A DNA stretch of 37,256 bases from positions 1 to 37,256 of IMG/VR virus record IMGVR_UViG_3300023223_000105, one strand, 5' to 3'. Position 1 is the stretch's first letter. Every line of letters starts with the position of its first letter. Both the position numbers and the translations under genes were made by a program. Origin of the DNA: a virus. The notes beneath the pieces are model-generated. The model had not been told where the DNA came from and made no database searches. It saw only the letters and a list, made by a program, of their open reading frames with translations. This document shows positions 1 through 6,261 of the stretch, piece by piece.

Positions 1-144
1 ATGCCTCGCCGTCAAGACGAGGGGCTTCCTTTTGTGGAAACTGCACTTTGTTATTCTGGTATTTCTTACGCTTCTGTGTAAGAATACTCTCTTTGTTAGC
101 TTGGTAATACTCACGCTGCCGTGCAAGAGCCCTCTCTCTATTTT
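1..144. repeat. Terminal direct repeat, copy 1 (identical to 37113-37256). The contig closes on itself; unique genome length is 37,112 bp.
   Basis: Direct reading: the first 144 nt (atgcctcgccgtcaagacgagg...gagccctctctctatttt) recur exactly as the last 144 nt of the window. Confidence 0.95.
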
Positions 145-235
145 CTTTGTACCATTTGGTACGAAGTTTATAGAGCCGTTCTTTATTTTCTTGATACCAC
201 CTAGCTTTATATTCTTTGCGCTTATCTGTTGTCAT
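1..235 (-). CDS. 5' portion (78 codons) of a 117-aa basic tandem-repeat protein. The ORF crosses the contig junction and stops at 36994.
   Basis: The ATG is the complement of cat at 233-235. The ORF is missing from the track because the window edge cuts it. Translation MTTDKRKEYKARWYQENKERLYKLRTKWYKENRERALARQREYYQANKESILTQKRKKYQNNKVQFPQKEAPRLDGEA continues in frame into 37112->36994. There is a ~16-aa periodicity (K/R..Y....Y..N.E). Confidence 0.6.
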   Translation of the reverse strand, partial: MTTDKRKEYKARWYQENKERLYKLRTKWYKENRERALARQREYYQANKESILTQKRKKYQNNKVQFPQKEAPRLDGEA

Positions 236-258
236 TACTTCCCATCCATTCTTTTAAT

Positions 259-345
259 TGGCGGCGGGGAGGGATTCGAACCCTACTAGCCGCGTCTCTA
301 GCTACTTTTAGAATAGCATCCTGTACCCACACAGGCAGCCCCACC
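259..345 (-). tRNA. Type II tRNA (long variable arm), best read as tRNA-Leu(UAA). It is atypical: C at position 33 and only a 4-bp T stem.
   Basis: Reverse complement: GGTGGGGCTGCCTGTGTGGGTACAGGATGCTATTCTAAAAGTAGCTAGAGACGCGGCTAGTAGGGTTCGAATCCCTCCCCGCCGCCA. Acceptor stem GGTGGGG/CCCCGCC (one U-G pair), with discriminator G and encoded CCA. D stem CCTGT/ACAGG. Anticodon stem GCTAT/GTAGC with loop TCTAAAA. T loop GGTTCGAATCC. Variable region is about 15 nt. Confidence 0.6.
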
Positions 346-381
346 TTAAATTATCACCACCTTAATACCGTACTCAACCTC

Positions 382-798
382 CTAAACAATAGTTATTTTT
401 ATGCCATACTCTGCTTCTGTATGACGAATTTTCCATTTAGACAAGGAGGTAATAATCCAGTCGCCTTTACCCTTCTTGGCCTTCTTATCCCACGCCTTAA
501 CGTCTTCGTATACCCACAGTTGAGTTCTGTTATTTACATACTTAAAGTCCGCAATATATTTGCCAATCTTACCCTCTCCCGGCTCTTTTCTGCATGATAA
601 TGCAGCGTGTAATTCAAAGGCTGGATGTGGTTCGAGATAAAGTATCTCCCCCCCTTTCTCCAGCAGCCTCAACTCCCCATAACGCTTTGCTTCGACCTTG
701 CTGGCAAAGGTAATCCCGTCAACTACTGTTTTCTTTGCGTTGTATTTATTCTTCCTGAATCCTGCCATAAAATCTGGTGGTTGGGGTAGCTCTGACAT
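382..798 (-). CDS. DUF1064-family protein (PD-(D/E)XK-like nuclease, putative Holliday-junction resolvase), 138 aa.
   Basis: Track ORF 382..819. The motif NKYNAKKTVVDGITFASKVEAKRYGELRLLEKGGEI...YIADFKY is typical of DUF1064. The preferred start is ATG 798 (MSELPQ..), which overlaps the upstream stop as TAATG and has AAGGA 7 nt upstream. Confidence 0.8.
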   Translation of the reverse strand: MSELPQPPDFMAGFRKNKYNAKKTVVDGITFASKVEAKRYGELRLLEKGGEILYLEPHPAFELHAALSCRKEPGEGKIGKYIADFKYVNNRTQLWVYEDVKAWDKKAKKGKGDWIITSLSKWKIRHTEAEYGIKITIV

Positions 799-1010
799 TA
801 CACATCCTTTACCAGCCAACCACCTGCTGGAATGGCTCCGTTGCTTACTCGGTCAAAATCAACCTTTAGCTTGTCACTGGGGTTTGATTTTCCTGTCACA
901 ATATTAGATATGTGCTCAGGGGTTTTTTTCACCTGCAATGCAAGCTGCTTCTGGTATCCCCAGGGGTGGATGTCTATGTATTTCTTGAGGTCTCTTCTTC
1001 CTAGTGTCAT
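798..1010 (-). CDS. Small helix-turn-helix DNA-binding protein (Cro/YdaS-like), 70 aa.
   Basis: GYQKQLALQVKKTPEHISNIVTGK resembles an HTH. ATGA overlap with the upstream ORF. Confidence 0.6.
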   Translation of the reverse strand: MTLGRRDLKKYIDIHPWGYQKQLALQVKKTPEHISNIVTGKSNPSDKLKVDFDRVSNGAIPAGGWLVKDV

Positions 1011-1366
1011 TTGTCTTGTTCCATTGCTTCGCGTAATTGTAACATTAACAGCCTCTTCCCGTCACTCCTCTTCCCGTCCTTTAGGTCTTCAGCTAATTCT
1101 TTTGCAGCTTCCTTCAAAACATCATCCACAGCTATCAGAGCTTGTGCCATTTGGGGGGCTAGGGCTATAAACTTGGCATCAGCCTCACTTATATCATCAA
1201 TCAGGATATCAAACTCAACCTCATCACTATCGTCACGTTGAACGCTAAATCCCACGGACTCATACGAGGCTTGCCAGTCACTTTGTGATAATGAATACTC
1301 GGCTTCAAATGAGGTTAGTGTTGTACGCTTCTTATCCAGCTCCTTGACTTTATCTATTAGACTCAT
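1007..1366 (-). CDS. Hypothetical acidic protein, 119 aa.
   Basis: Track ORF, tightly packed in the leftward operon. No recognisable motif. Confidence 0.65.
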   Translation of the reverse strand: MSLIDKVKELDKKRTTLTSFEAEYSLSQSDWQASYESVGFSVQRDDSDEVEFDILIDDISEADAKFIALAPQMAQALIAVDDVLKEAAKELAEDLKDGKRSDGKRLLMLQLREAMEQDK

Positions 1367-1369
1367 ATC

Positions 1370-1660
1370 TCACTCCTTGTCTTGTTTATCTAGTTCTTTT
1401 AGTGTGGTTTTTGCTGTTTTAATCATGCTGACTTTATCGCCTGTAACTATGATAGTTTTTAGTCCAGCAACAAGCTTTGCTTCTCGTGCGGTGAGTTCTT
1501 CAATTGCTTTGCAATACTCTTTTTCTGCATTTTTAATAGCATAAGCAATACTTTCCTTTGCATTCTCAGACCAGGAGCCTTCTCCTATAAATTCAGCAAT
1601 CTTGAACTCTTGGATACATGCGTAAACGTATTTCTTAGCCCTCTGCTTTATATCCGGCAT
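1370..1660 (-). CDS. Hypothetical protein, 96 aa.
   Basis: Track ORF, 3 nt from the next gene. No recognisable motif. Confidence 0.65.
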   Translation of the reverse strand: MPDIKQRAKKYVYACIQEFKIAEFIGEGSWSENAKESIAYAIKNAEKEYCKAIEELTAREAKLVAGLKTIIVTGDKVSMIKTAKTTLKELDKQDKE

Positions 1661-1672
1661 ATCTCACTCCTG

Positions 1673-1855
1673 TTAATGTTTAAAGAGTCTCATCATGAGC
1701 TTATAATATATAAACCCACAACCCAACATGAACAAACCTAAACTAAAGAACCCACCCGTGATTTGAAGCGTACAAAGGTCTGCATACACATGACTTATCG
1801 ACTCCGCATTTAGTAGTCGAGTACACAGCTCGCTTTCTTTGGTGTAAATAATCAT
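1673..1855 (-). CDS. Small membrane protein, 60 aa; first gene of the leftward operon.
   Basis: Hydrophobic segment GGFFSLGLFMLGCGFIYYKLMM. SD-like GAGGAAGGA lies immediately upstream of the ATG at 1855. Confidence 0.6.
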   Translation of the reverse strand: MIIYTKESELCTRLLNAESISHVYADLCTLQITGGFFSLGLFMLGCGFIYYKLMMRLFKH

Positions 1856-1880
1856 ATCCTTCCTCGGTTAATGTTATACA

Positions 1881-2013
1881 TAGGGTGGTGGTCAGGGTTC
1901 TAAGTACCTGCTTGCGACGGGGTATTAACGCACTTTACCCTCCGACTTACGCGCCACACTTAATGCGTGTCATAACGCGCCTATGTATTTCCCGATACAT
2001 TCGCACCACCCTA
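1881..2013 (-). promoter_or_regulatory. Structured core of the ~210-nt 5' leader of the leftward operon (possible cis-regulatory RNA).
   Basis: A 10-bp long-range helix pairs tagggtggtg (1881-1890) with caccacccta (2004-2013). It encloses local hairpins, e.g. atgtat-ttcccg-atacat (1983-2000), and a direct repeat acgcgcc x2. Confidence 0.4.
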
Positions 2014-2073
2014 CTACTTTATGAGTGGTCTAGAAATAATCCGCCTGTCACAACGGATACCACCCATACATAA

Positions 2074-2102
2074 TATATACGCTCTTATAGGAATGGTGTC
2101 AA
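2074..2102 (-). promoter_or_regulatory. Leftward sigma70-type promoter TTGACA-17 nt-TATATA.
   Basis: Minus strand reads TTGACA(2102-2097) CCATTCCTATAAGAGCG TATATA(2079-2074). Confidence 0.6.
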
Positions 2103-2135
2103 TATGTTTAATGAATAAATAGTTTATTAAAGTGG

Positions 2136-2164
2136 TTGACATTAATGAACTGGCGGTTTATCAT
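2136..2164 (+). promoter_or_regulatory. Rightward sigma70-type promoter TTGACA-17 nt-TATCAT.
   Basis: Plus strand reads TTGACA(2136-2141) ttaatgaactggcggtt TATCAT(2159-2164). It is followed by AAGGAG and the ATG at 2189. Confidence 0.6.
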
Positions 2165-2188
2165 TGGGGCATAACCAAGGAGCGGTTA

Positions 2189-2386
2189 ATGGCAATCATC
2201 CACCGTAGTCACGTACATAAGGTTCTGATAAATAACGAGTGGGAATGGCCTGGGGTTGAGTACGACTTTGACGATATGGAGCAGGAAGTAACCGAGCTTG
2301 TTATTGAGGGCTTTGCGGAATTAGATGGTAAGATGATACAAGACGTAACTGAAACTATAATTGAAACGGGAGCATGTTATGGGTGA
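2189..2386 (+). CDS. Hypothetical acidic protein, 65 aa; first gene of the rightward operon.
   Basis: Track ORF 2132..2386 begins at a GTG inside the promoter. ATG 2189 (MAIIHRSH..) lies 6 nt after AAGGAG. Confidence 0.6.
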   Translation: MAIIHRSHVHKVLINNEWEWPGVEYDFDDMEQEVTELVIEGFAELDGKMIQDVTETIIETGACYG

Positions 2387-2582
2387 GTTAAGAAGTTATA
2401 CGGTTAGACTAGAGGCGGCAAAACTGGAGCGGGACAGGACTAATGAGGCTCTAAACCGTTGCCCGGAATGGAAGGCGTTCTACGCAGCGGGGAATACTCT
2501 GTGTGACCTACAAAGGGAGGCAAAGGAAGGGTACGAGGCCTACATGAAGCAACAAGGGGAGAAAGCCGATGCCGAGGATTAG
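2379..2582 (+). CDS. Hypothetical protein, 67 aa.
   Basis: Track ORF 2361..2582. ATG 2379 (MGELRSY..) is preceded by GGGAG and overlaps the upstream gene end (ATGGGTGA). Confidence 0.6.
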   Translation: MGELRSYTVRLEAAKLERDRTNEALNRCPEWKAFYAAGNTLCDLQREAKEGYEAYMKQQGEKADAED

Positions 2583-2586
2583 AATA

Positions 2587-2736
2587 ATGTATGACGGACT
2601 TACGATTGGGGCGGATCTAGAGCCGGGCGTAACGTTAGCAGATGGTTTGCGTGAGATAGCCAAAACCCAAGACCAACTCAACGCCGGTGATTATGATATT
2701 TTAACAGATGGAGATATGGAGAAAGCCGATGAATAA
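2587..2736 (+). CDS. Small acidic protein, 49 aa (below the ORF-track cutoff).
   Basis: My translation is MYDGLTIGADLEPGVTLADGLREIAKTQDQLNAGDYDILTDGDMEKADE. GAGGA lies 9 nt upstream, and it fills the gap between flanking genes. Confidence 0.4.
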   Translation: MYDGLTIGADLEPGVTLADGLREIAKTQDQLNAGDYDILTDGDMEKADE

Positions 2737-2944
2737 CATAATACACATACCAGGTGCAGAGCAGATAAATAACGCTATAGCAATGAACCGGAAATACTGG
2801 CCTCTTCGTGGATATTGCGGGGATTGCGGGCTAAAGATGCACCTTGATGTCGTAACCCCCGACACGCTTAATAGCGGGGAAAGAGATCTGGTGTGCACTA
2901 ATCCGGGGTGTGGTTCTTGTTATGGAGGTGAGGATGCCAGATGA
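2729..2944 (+). CDS. Zinc-ribbon protein, 71 aa.
   Basis: CGDCG ... CTNPGCGSC cysteine pairs. ATG 2729 overlaps the upstream stop (ATGAATAA). Track ORF is 2708..2944. Confidence 0.6.
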   Translation: MNNIIHIPGAEQINNAIAMNRKYWPLRGYCGDCGLKMHLDVVTPDTLNSGERDLVCTNPGCGSCYGGEDAR

Positions 2945-3015
2945 ACCCGATGATGAATACATAGCTAATATGGATGAACAACAGAGATATGATAACTGGT
3001 TAATGGAGGATGATA

Positions 3016-3669
3016 ATGACGATACACGAAGTGCTACACACAATACAACAGGAGCTTAAGGCTCCCAAAGATAAATACAGCACCTATGGTGAATACAACT
3101 ACCGCTCCCTTGAGGGTATTGTAGAGGCCGTAAAACCACTACTGCCTGAAGGGGTTACTTTAACTTTCTCAGACAAGCTTGTTGAGATAGCTAGTGTGGT
3201 CTTTGTGGAAGGAATAGGGACTCTTGCAAGTGCCGAGGGCTCAATATCTGTTAGTGGCTTTGCTCGCCACGATAGAGAAAGAAAGAAGATGCAATCTGAG
3301 CAGCTAACGGGGTCAGCCTCTTCTTATGCTCGTAAGTATGCAGCTAACGGTCTGTTCGCCATTGATGACACAAAAGATACTGACACCGACGAAAGCCACA
3401 AAGAGAGGCAAGCGGCGGAAACTGCCATGAAGAAAGAGAATGCAATAAGGGCTGGGGAAATATTTGATGACCACAATAATAAACTTATGGGCTTTGAGTC
3501 TACCGAAGGTGATGAATTTAAGGAGTGGTGGGCTTCCAAGAAGGACGAGCGCCAGGAATTGCATAAATTAGATACACATAAGGCAGTCACTCTTGTGGCA
3601 AATATGAAGATTAAGTGTAAGGAGTTCCTGGAAAAAGCACCATGTGAAGTGCTTATAGGGGGTGAGTGA
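3016..3669 (+). CDS. erf: Erf-family single-strand annealing recombinase.
   Basis: YNYRSLEGIVEAVKPLLPEG ... GSASSYARKYAANGLFAIDD matches the conserved ERF pattern. Track start is 3010. ATG 3016 has better spacing from GGAGG. Confidence 0.8.
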   Translation: MTIHEVLHTIQQELKAPKDKYSTYGEYNYRSLEGIVEAVKPLLPEGVTLTFSDKLVEIASVVFVEGIGTLASAEGSISVSGFARHDRERKKMQSEQLTGSASSYARKYAANGLFAIDDTKDTDTDESHKERQAAETAMKKENAIRAGEIFDDHNNKLMGFESTEGDEFKEWWASKKDERQELHKLDTHKAVTLVANMKIKCKEFLEKAPCEVLIGGE

Positions 3670-3881
3670 TGGAGTGGAAAAAGATAGATGAGGATACCCC
3701 CGAAGATGTGCCATTGATTGTTTACGTGCCTGAGTTTAAAAGGGCTTGCATAGGGACTAATATAACTTATAGAGCAAGGACGGGGTGGGTTCTGCGGCAG
3801 ACTCCAGTAGGACAGGTGCGTAGAGATTATCAGCCAACTCACTGGATGCCACTACCTAAACCACCAATGGATATAACATAA
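3669..3881 (+). CDS. DUF551 domain protein, 70 aa.
   Basis: N-terminal W..I and C-terminal PTHWMPLPKPP are characteristic of DUF551. TGATG overlap with erf. Confidence 0.7.
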   Translation: MEWKKIDEDTPEDVPLIVYVPEFKRACIGTNITYRARTGWVLRQTPVGQVRRDYQPTHWMPLPKPPMDIT

Positions 3882-3970
3882 TGCTTAAATACACAGACTC
3901 CCTAGGCATAGAACGTGGTATATCCGTAACGGCAAGTTAATAATTTTTTAATCTAAATATGGAGTTAATT

Positions 3971-4714
3971 ATGAACGAAAGAACTGCAATTGGGGGCAAC
4001 AATCCTCCGTCTGAAATTGAAATCCTGAAAGAAAGGCTAGGGAGTCATGTCGAAGAGGATAAGTTGATAAATGACCTCGTATCCCGCCCGATTACTACAG
4101 AGGTGAAGGATGATGAAGAGGCTGGAGGGGTTGCTGATTATATTAAGTGCCTGACATCTGCCCGCTCTAATGTGGAAAAGATATTTAAAGCCGAGAAAAA
4201 GCCATTCTTTGAAGCTTGCAAGGTAGCTGACCAGTGGAAAAACACTAGGTGGAAAAAGATAGACGATTGTGTGGTGACCGCTAAAAAGCCTCTTGTTGTC
4301 TGGAATAGAAAGAAGGAGGATGAGGAAAGGGCAAGGCAGTTAGAGTTAGCACGTAAAGCGCAGGAAGAGGCGGAACGTTTGGCGAAGGAGGCAGAAGAGC
4401 ATTCAAGTGCTGGTATTGAGGATACGGCAGAAGATTTAATGGAGGCGGCAATTGAGGAGGAGAAAAAGTCATCCGTCCTAACCGACGGTGCAGATAATGT
4501 GCGCTCAAGGTCAACCGGAGCGTTCTCAACAGCATCAAACAGAAAGGTGTGGGTTGGTGTTGTTAATAGCATGGCTACTTTAGATGCAAACGCACTCAAG
4601 CAATACTTTACCCAGGATAGCATAGATAAGGCGATAAGAGCGGCTATCAAGGATGGTGTGCGTGAGATTCGTGGGGTTAGGATATTCCAAGAGGATAAAA
4701 TCACTATCAGGTAA
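3971..4714 (+). CDS. Hypothetical coiled-coil protein with N-terminal GGNNPP motif, 247 aa.
   Basis: Track ORF 3959..4714. ATG 3971 lies 6 nt after GGAG. The central region is charged and helical (EERARQLELARKAQEEAERLAKEAEE). Confidence 0.7.
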   Translation: MNERTAIGGNNPPSEIEILKERLGSHVEEDKLINDLVSRPITTEVKDDEEAGGVADYIKCLTSARSNVEKIFKAEKKPFFEACKVADQWKNTRWKKIDDCVVTAKKPLVVWNRKKEDEERARQLELARKAQEEAERLAKEAEEHSSAGIEDTAEDLMEAAIEEEKKSSVLTDGADNVRSRSTGAFSTASNRKVWVGVVNSMATLDANALKQYFTQDSIDKAIRAAIKDGVREIRGVRIFQEDKITIR

Positions 4715-4766
4715 AAGCAGAACTTGTAGAAATGATTAACAATATAGAGGAGAAGTAACAGTTTAT

Positions 4767-4842
4767 GGCTCCGTAGTGTAACGGTTAGCACGTCAGGTTT
4801 TCAGTCTGAAGATGCAGGGTTCGATTCCCGCCGGAGCTACCA
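4767..4842 (+). tRNA. tRNA-Glu(UUC)-like, 76 nt with encoded CCA; weak T stem.
   Basis: GGCTCCGTAGTGTAACGGTTAGCACGTCAGGTTTTCAGTCTGAAGATGCAGGGTTCGATTCCCGCCGGAGCTACCA. Acceptor GGCTCCG/CGGAGCT (G1-U72). D stem GTGT/GCAC. Anticodon stem TCAGG/TCTGA with loop TTTTCAG. T loop TTCGATT, but only 3 clean T-stem pairs. Confidence 0.65.
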
Positions 4843-4892
4843 AGATATTAACAGGGGTGGCTTAGGCTGCGTCACCTCGATAGGGAGGGTTT

Positions 4893-5060
4893 ATGGATAG
4901 GATGATTGGACATATGTGGTTGATAGCGTCTATCTTTTATGCGCTATTATCAGGTAGCGGCATACAATATACCGCAGTTAGTGTGCTAATGGCACTCAGC
5001 GGGTGCCTTATCCTGGGAGTGGTGGCTTATGAAGAAACGACCAAACAAAGCAACCCGTGA
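4893..5060 (+). CDS. Small membrane protein, 55 aa (not in the track).
   Basis: The ATG is preceded by GGGAGGG. Translation MDRMIGHMWLIASIFYALLSGSGIQYTAVSVLMALSGCLILGVVAYEETTKQSNP has two hydrophobic segments. It overlaps the next ORF by 32 nt, so it is uncertain. Confidence 0.4.
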   Translation: MDRMIGHMWLIASIFYALLSGSGIQYTAVSVLMALSGCLILGVVAYEETTKQSNP

Positions 5061-5304
5061 ATTAGAGGCGCGCATGAGAGAGTTTGGCTGTATAATATGC
5101 AAGAGACCCGCTGTTATACATCACATTACAGGTGCGGGTATGGGGTTAAAGTCTGAGAAGTTCTTTCCTCTTTGTCCGACCCATCATACAGATGGGGGAT
5201 TCGGTAACGCCGTCCACTCTGGAACGGAAACCTGGGAAGCTATATTTGGTACGCAAGAGGAATTGTTTAATAGGACTATGGAGAGACTAAATGGAAGGCT
5301 TTAA
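5029..5304 (+). CDS. Ref-like RecA-dependent HNH nuclease (recombination enhancement family), 91 aa.
   Basis: The pattern GCIICKRPAVIHHITGAGMGLKSEKFFPLCPTHHTDGGFGNAVHSG matches the C..C/HH/PLC..HH signature I associate with the Ref / RecA-dependent nuclease family. Confidence 0.6.
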   Translation: MKKRPNKATRELEARMREFGCIICKRPAVIHHITGAGMGLKSEKFFPLCPTHHTDGGFGNAVHSGTETWEAIFGTQEELFNRTMERLNGRL

Positions 5305-5542
5305 ATTAGATAAGGGCGTGGCTATATTGCCTTACGGCACCAGTTCAGGGCGGGCATCTAATAAATATCACTTTGACAGGTATGAGCTGGAAGATAGTTG
5401 CTTTTATCCACTTACTTTCGCTGAGAGAGATCAAATAAGCACCAGTGCGTGTTCTTATGGAAGGGGGCACAAGAGGAAGTTTGTTACGCGGGGAACGACA
5501 GAAGGAGGTGTAGAAGGCACAAGAGTATGGCGAATAAGTTAA
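5291..5542 (+). CDS. Hypothetical protein, 83 aa.
   Basis: Track ORF overlapping the upstream gene end. No confident motif. Confidence 0.6.
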   Translation: MEGFKLDKGVAILPYGTSSGRASNKYHFDRYELEDSCFYPLTFAERDQISTSACSYGRGHKRKFVTRGTTEGGVEGTRVWRIS

Positions 5543-5561
5543 CTATGGAGAGGTTAGGATT

Positions 5562-5660
5562 ATGACGGAACAAGAAATGTTTTTCTATGGTCAGATATTT
5601 ATGGCTATGTCAGTTGCTATAGTTATAGGGCTGATGGTTTTTGTTGGTAATGATGATTAA
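5562..5660 (+). CDS. Small hydrophobic peptide, 32 aa (not in the track).
   Basis: GGAGAGG SD. Translation MTEQEMFFYGQIFMAMSVAIVIGLMVFVGNDD. Confidence 0.3.
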   Translation: MTEQEMFFYGQIFMAMSVAIVIGLMVFVGNDD

Positions 5661-5734
5661 TGTGGAGTTGGGATTATGACTAAGTTGTTTTATGAGGCAA
5701 GCAGTTCTTTATGCCTATGTCAGAGGAGTAGAGT

Positions 5735-5857
5735 ATGAAGCTTTTTTACACTCATTACCACTATTGGATTCCATTGGAAAGTCATACAACGGGGCTTATT
5801 AAGCATCAGTGTCAGGAATGTGGAGAAGTAATCCACTTTAAATACAGAAACCCATAG
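5735..5857 (+). CDS. Small Cys/His-containing protein, 40 aa (not in the track).
   Basis: GAGGAG SD 6 nt upstream. Translation MKLFYTHYHYWIPLESHTTGLIKHQCQECGEVIHFKYRNP. Confidence 0.3.
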   Translation: MKLFYTHYHYWIPLESHTTGLIKHQCQECGEVIHFKYRNP

Positions 5858-5883
5858 AGTATAAACTATTAACGCTAAAGGAG

Positions 5884-6261
5884 ATGGTGGTGAGTGAATT
5901 TAAAGCGGGCGATAAGGTCATACGCACAGTTGTTACAAAAACTGAGTATACGGTAGTCAAAGCAACAAAAGAGAATGTTTGGTTAGAGACTTGTTATGGT
6001 GGAATACCAATCTCGGAAACAGAACATAAGGGACAAAAAACGACCGACAATTACCAATGTGATGCCATGTATTACGAAAAGTGCTTGAGGGATTTGAGGG
6101 ATGTTTTTACCCAAACACTGGTATATGTCAAGAAAGTTGGCGACCAACAAATGATTGCTGTCTGTAACATAAAGATCACCGAGATCACGGAAATACTGGA
6201 ACACAAATACGAACTTGACGGCGTAGATTTAGATAAACCTAACTATGGGATGTTTGAGTGA
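5884..6261 (+). CDS. Hypothetical protein, 125 aa.
   Basis: Track ORF with AAAGGAG immediately upstream. The exact start is uncertain (ATG 5884 or GTG 5887/5890). Confidence 0.7.
   Translation: MVVSEFKAGDKVIRTVVTKTEYTVVKATKENVWLETCYGGIPISETEHKGQKTTDNYQCDAMYYEKCLRDLRDVFTQTLVYVKKVGDQQMIAVCNIKITEITEILEHKYELDGVDLDKPNYGMFE

Noticed and set aside
259-345. Reading the anticodon loop as containing CUA, i.e. an amber-suppressor tRNA indicating stop-codon recoding.
   Set aside because: The best 5-bp anticodon stem places UAA in the anticodon position (loop UCUAAAA, like Leu-UAA loops UUUAAAA). All long genes are uninterrupted in the standard code. TAG is used as a real stop followed directly by the next start (e.g. 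29098, 36994). It is kept only as a caveat.
259-345. The tRNA as an attP/integration site of a temperate phage.
   Set aside because: No integrase or excisionase is recognisable anywhere in the closed genome, and no flanking host sequence is present.
1885-2073. Plus-strand 62-aa ORF in the divergent intergenic region.
   Set aside because: It has no SD and lies antisense within the leader downstream of the leftward promoter. Its Arg/Thr/Leu-rich composition is typical of a chance ORF.
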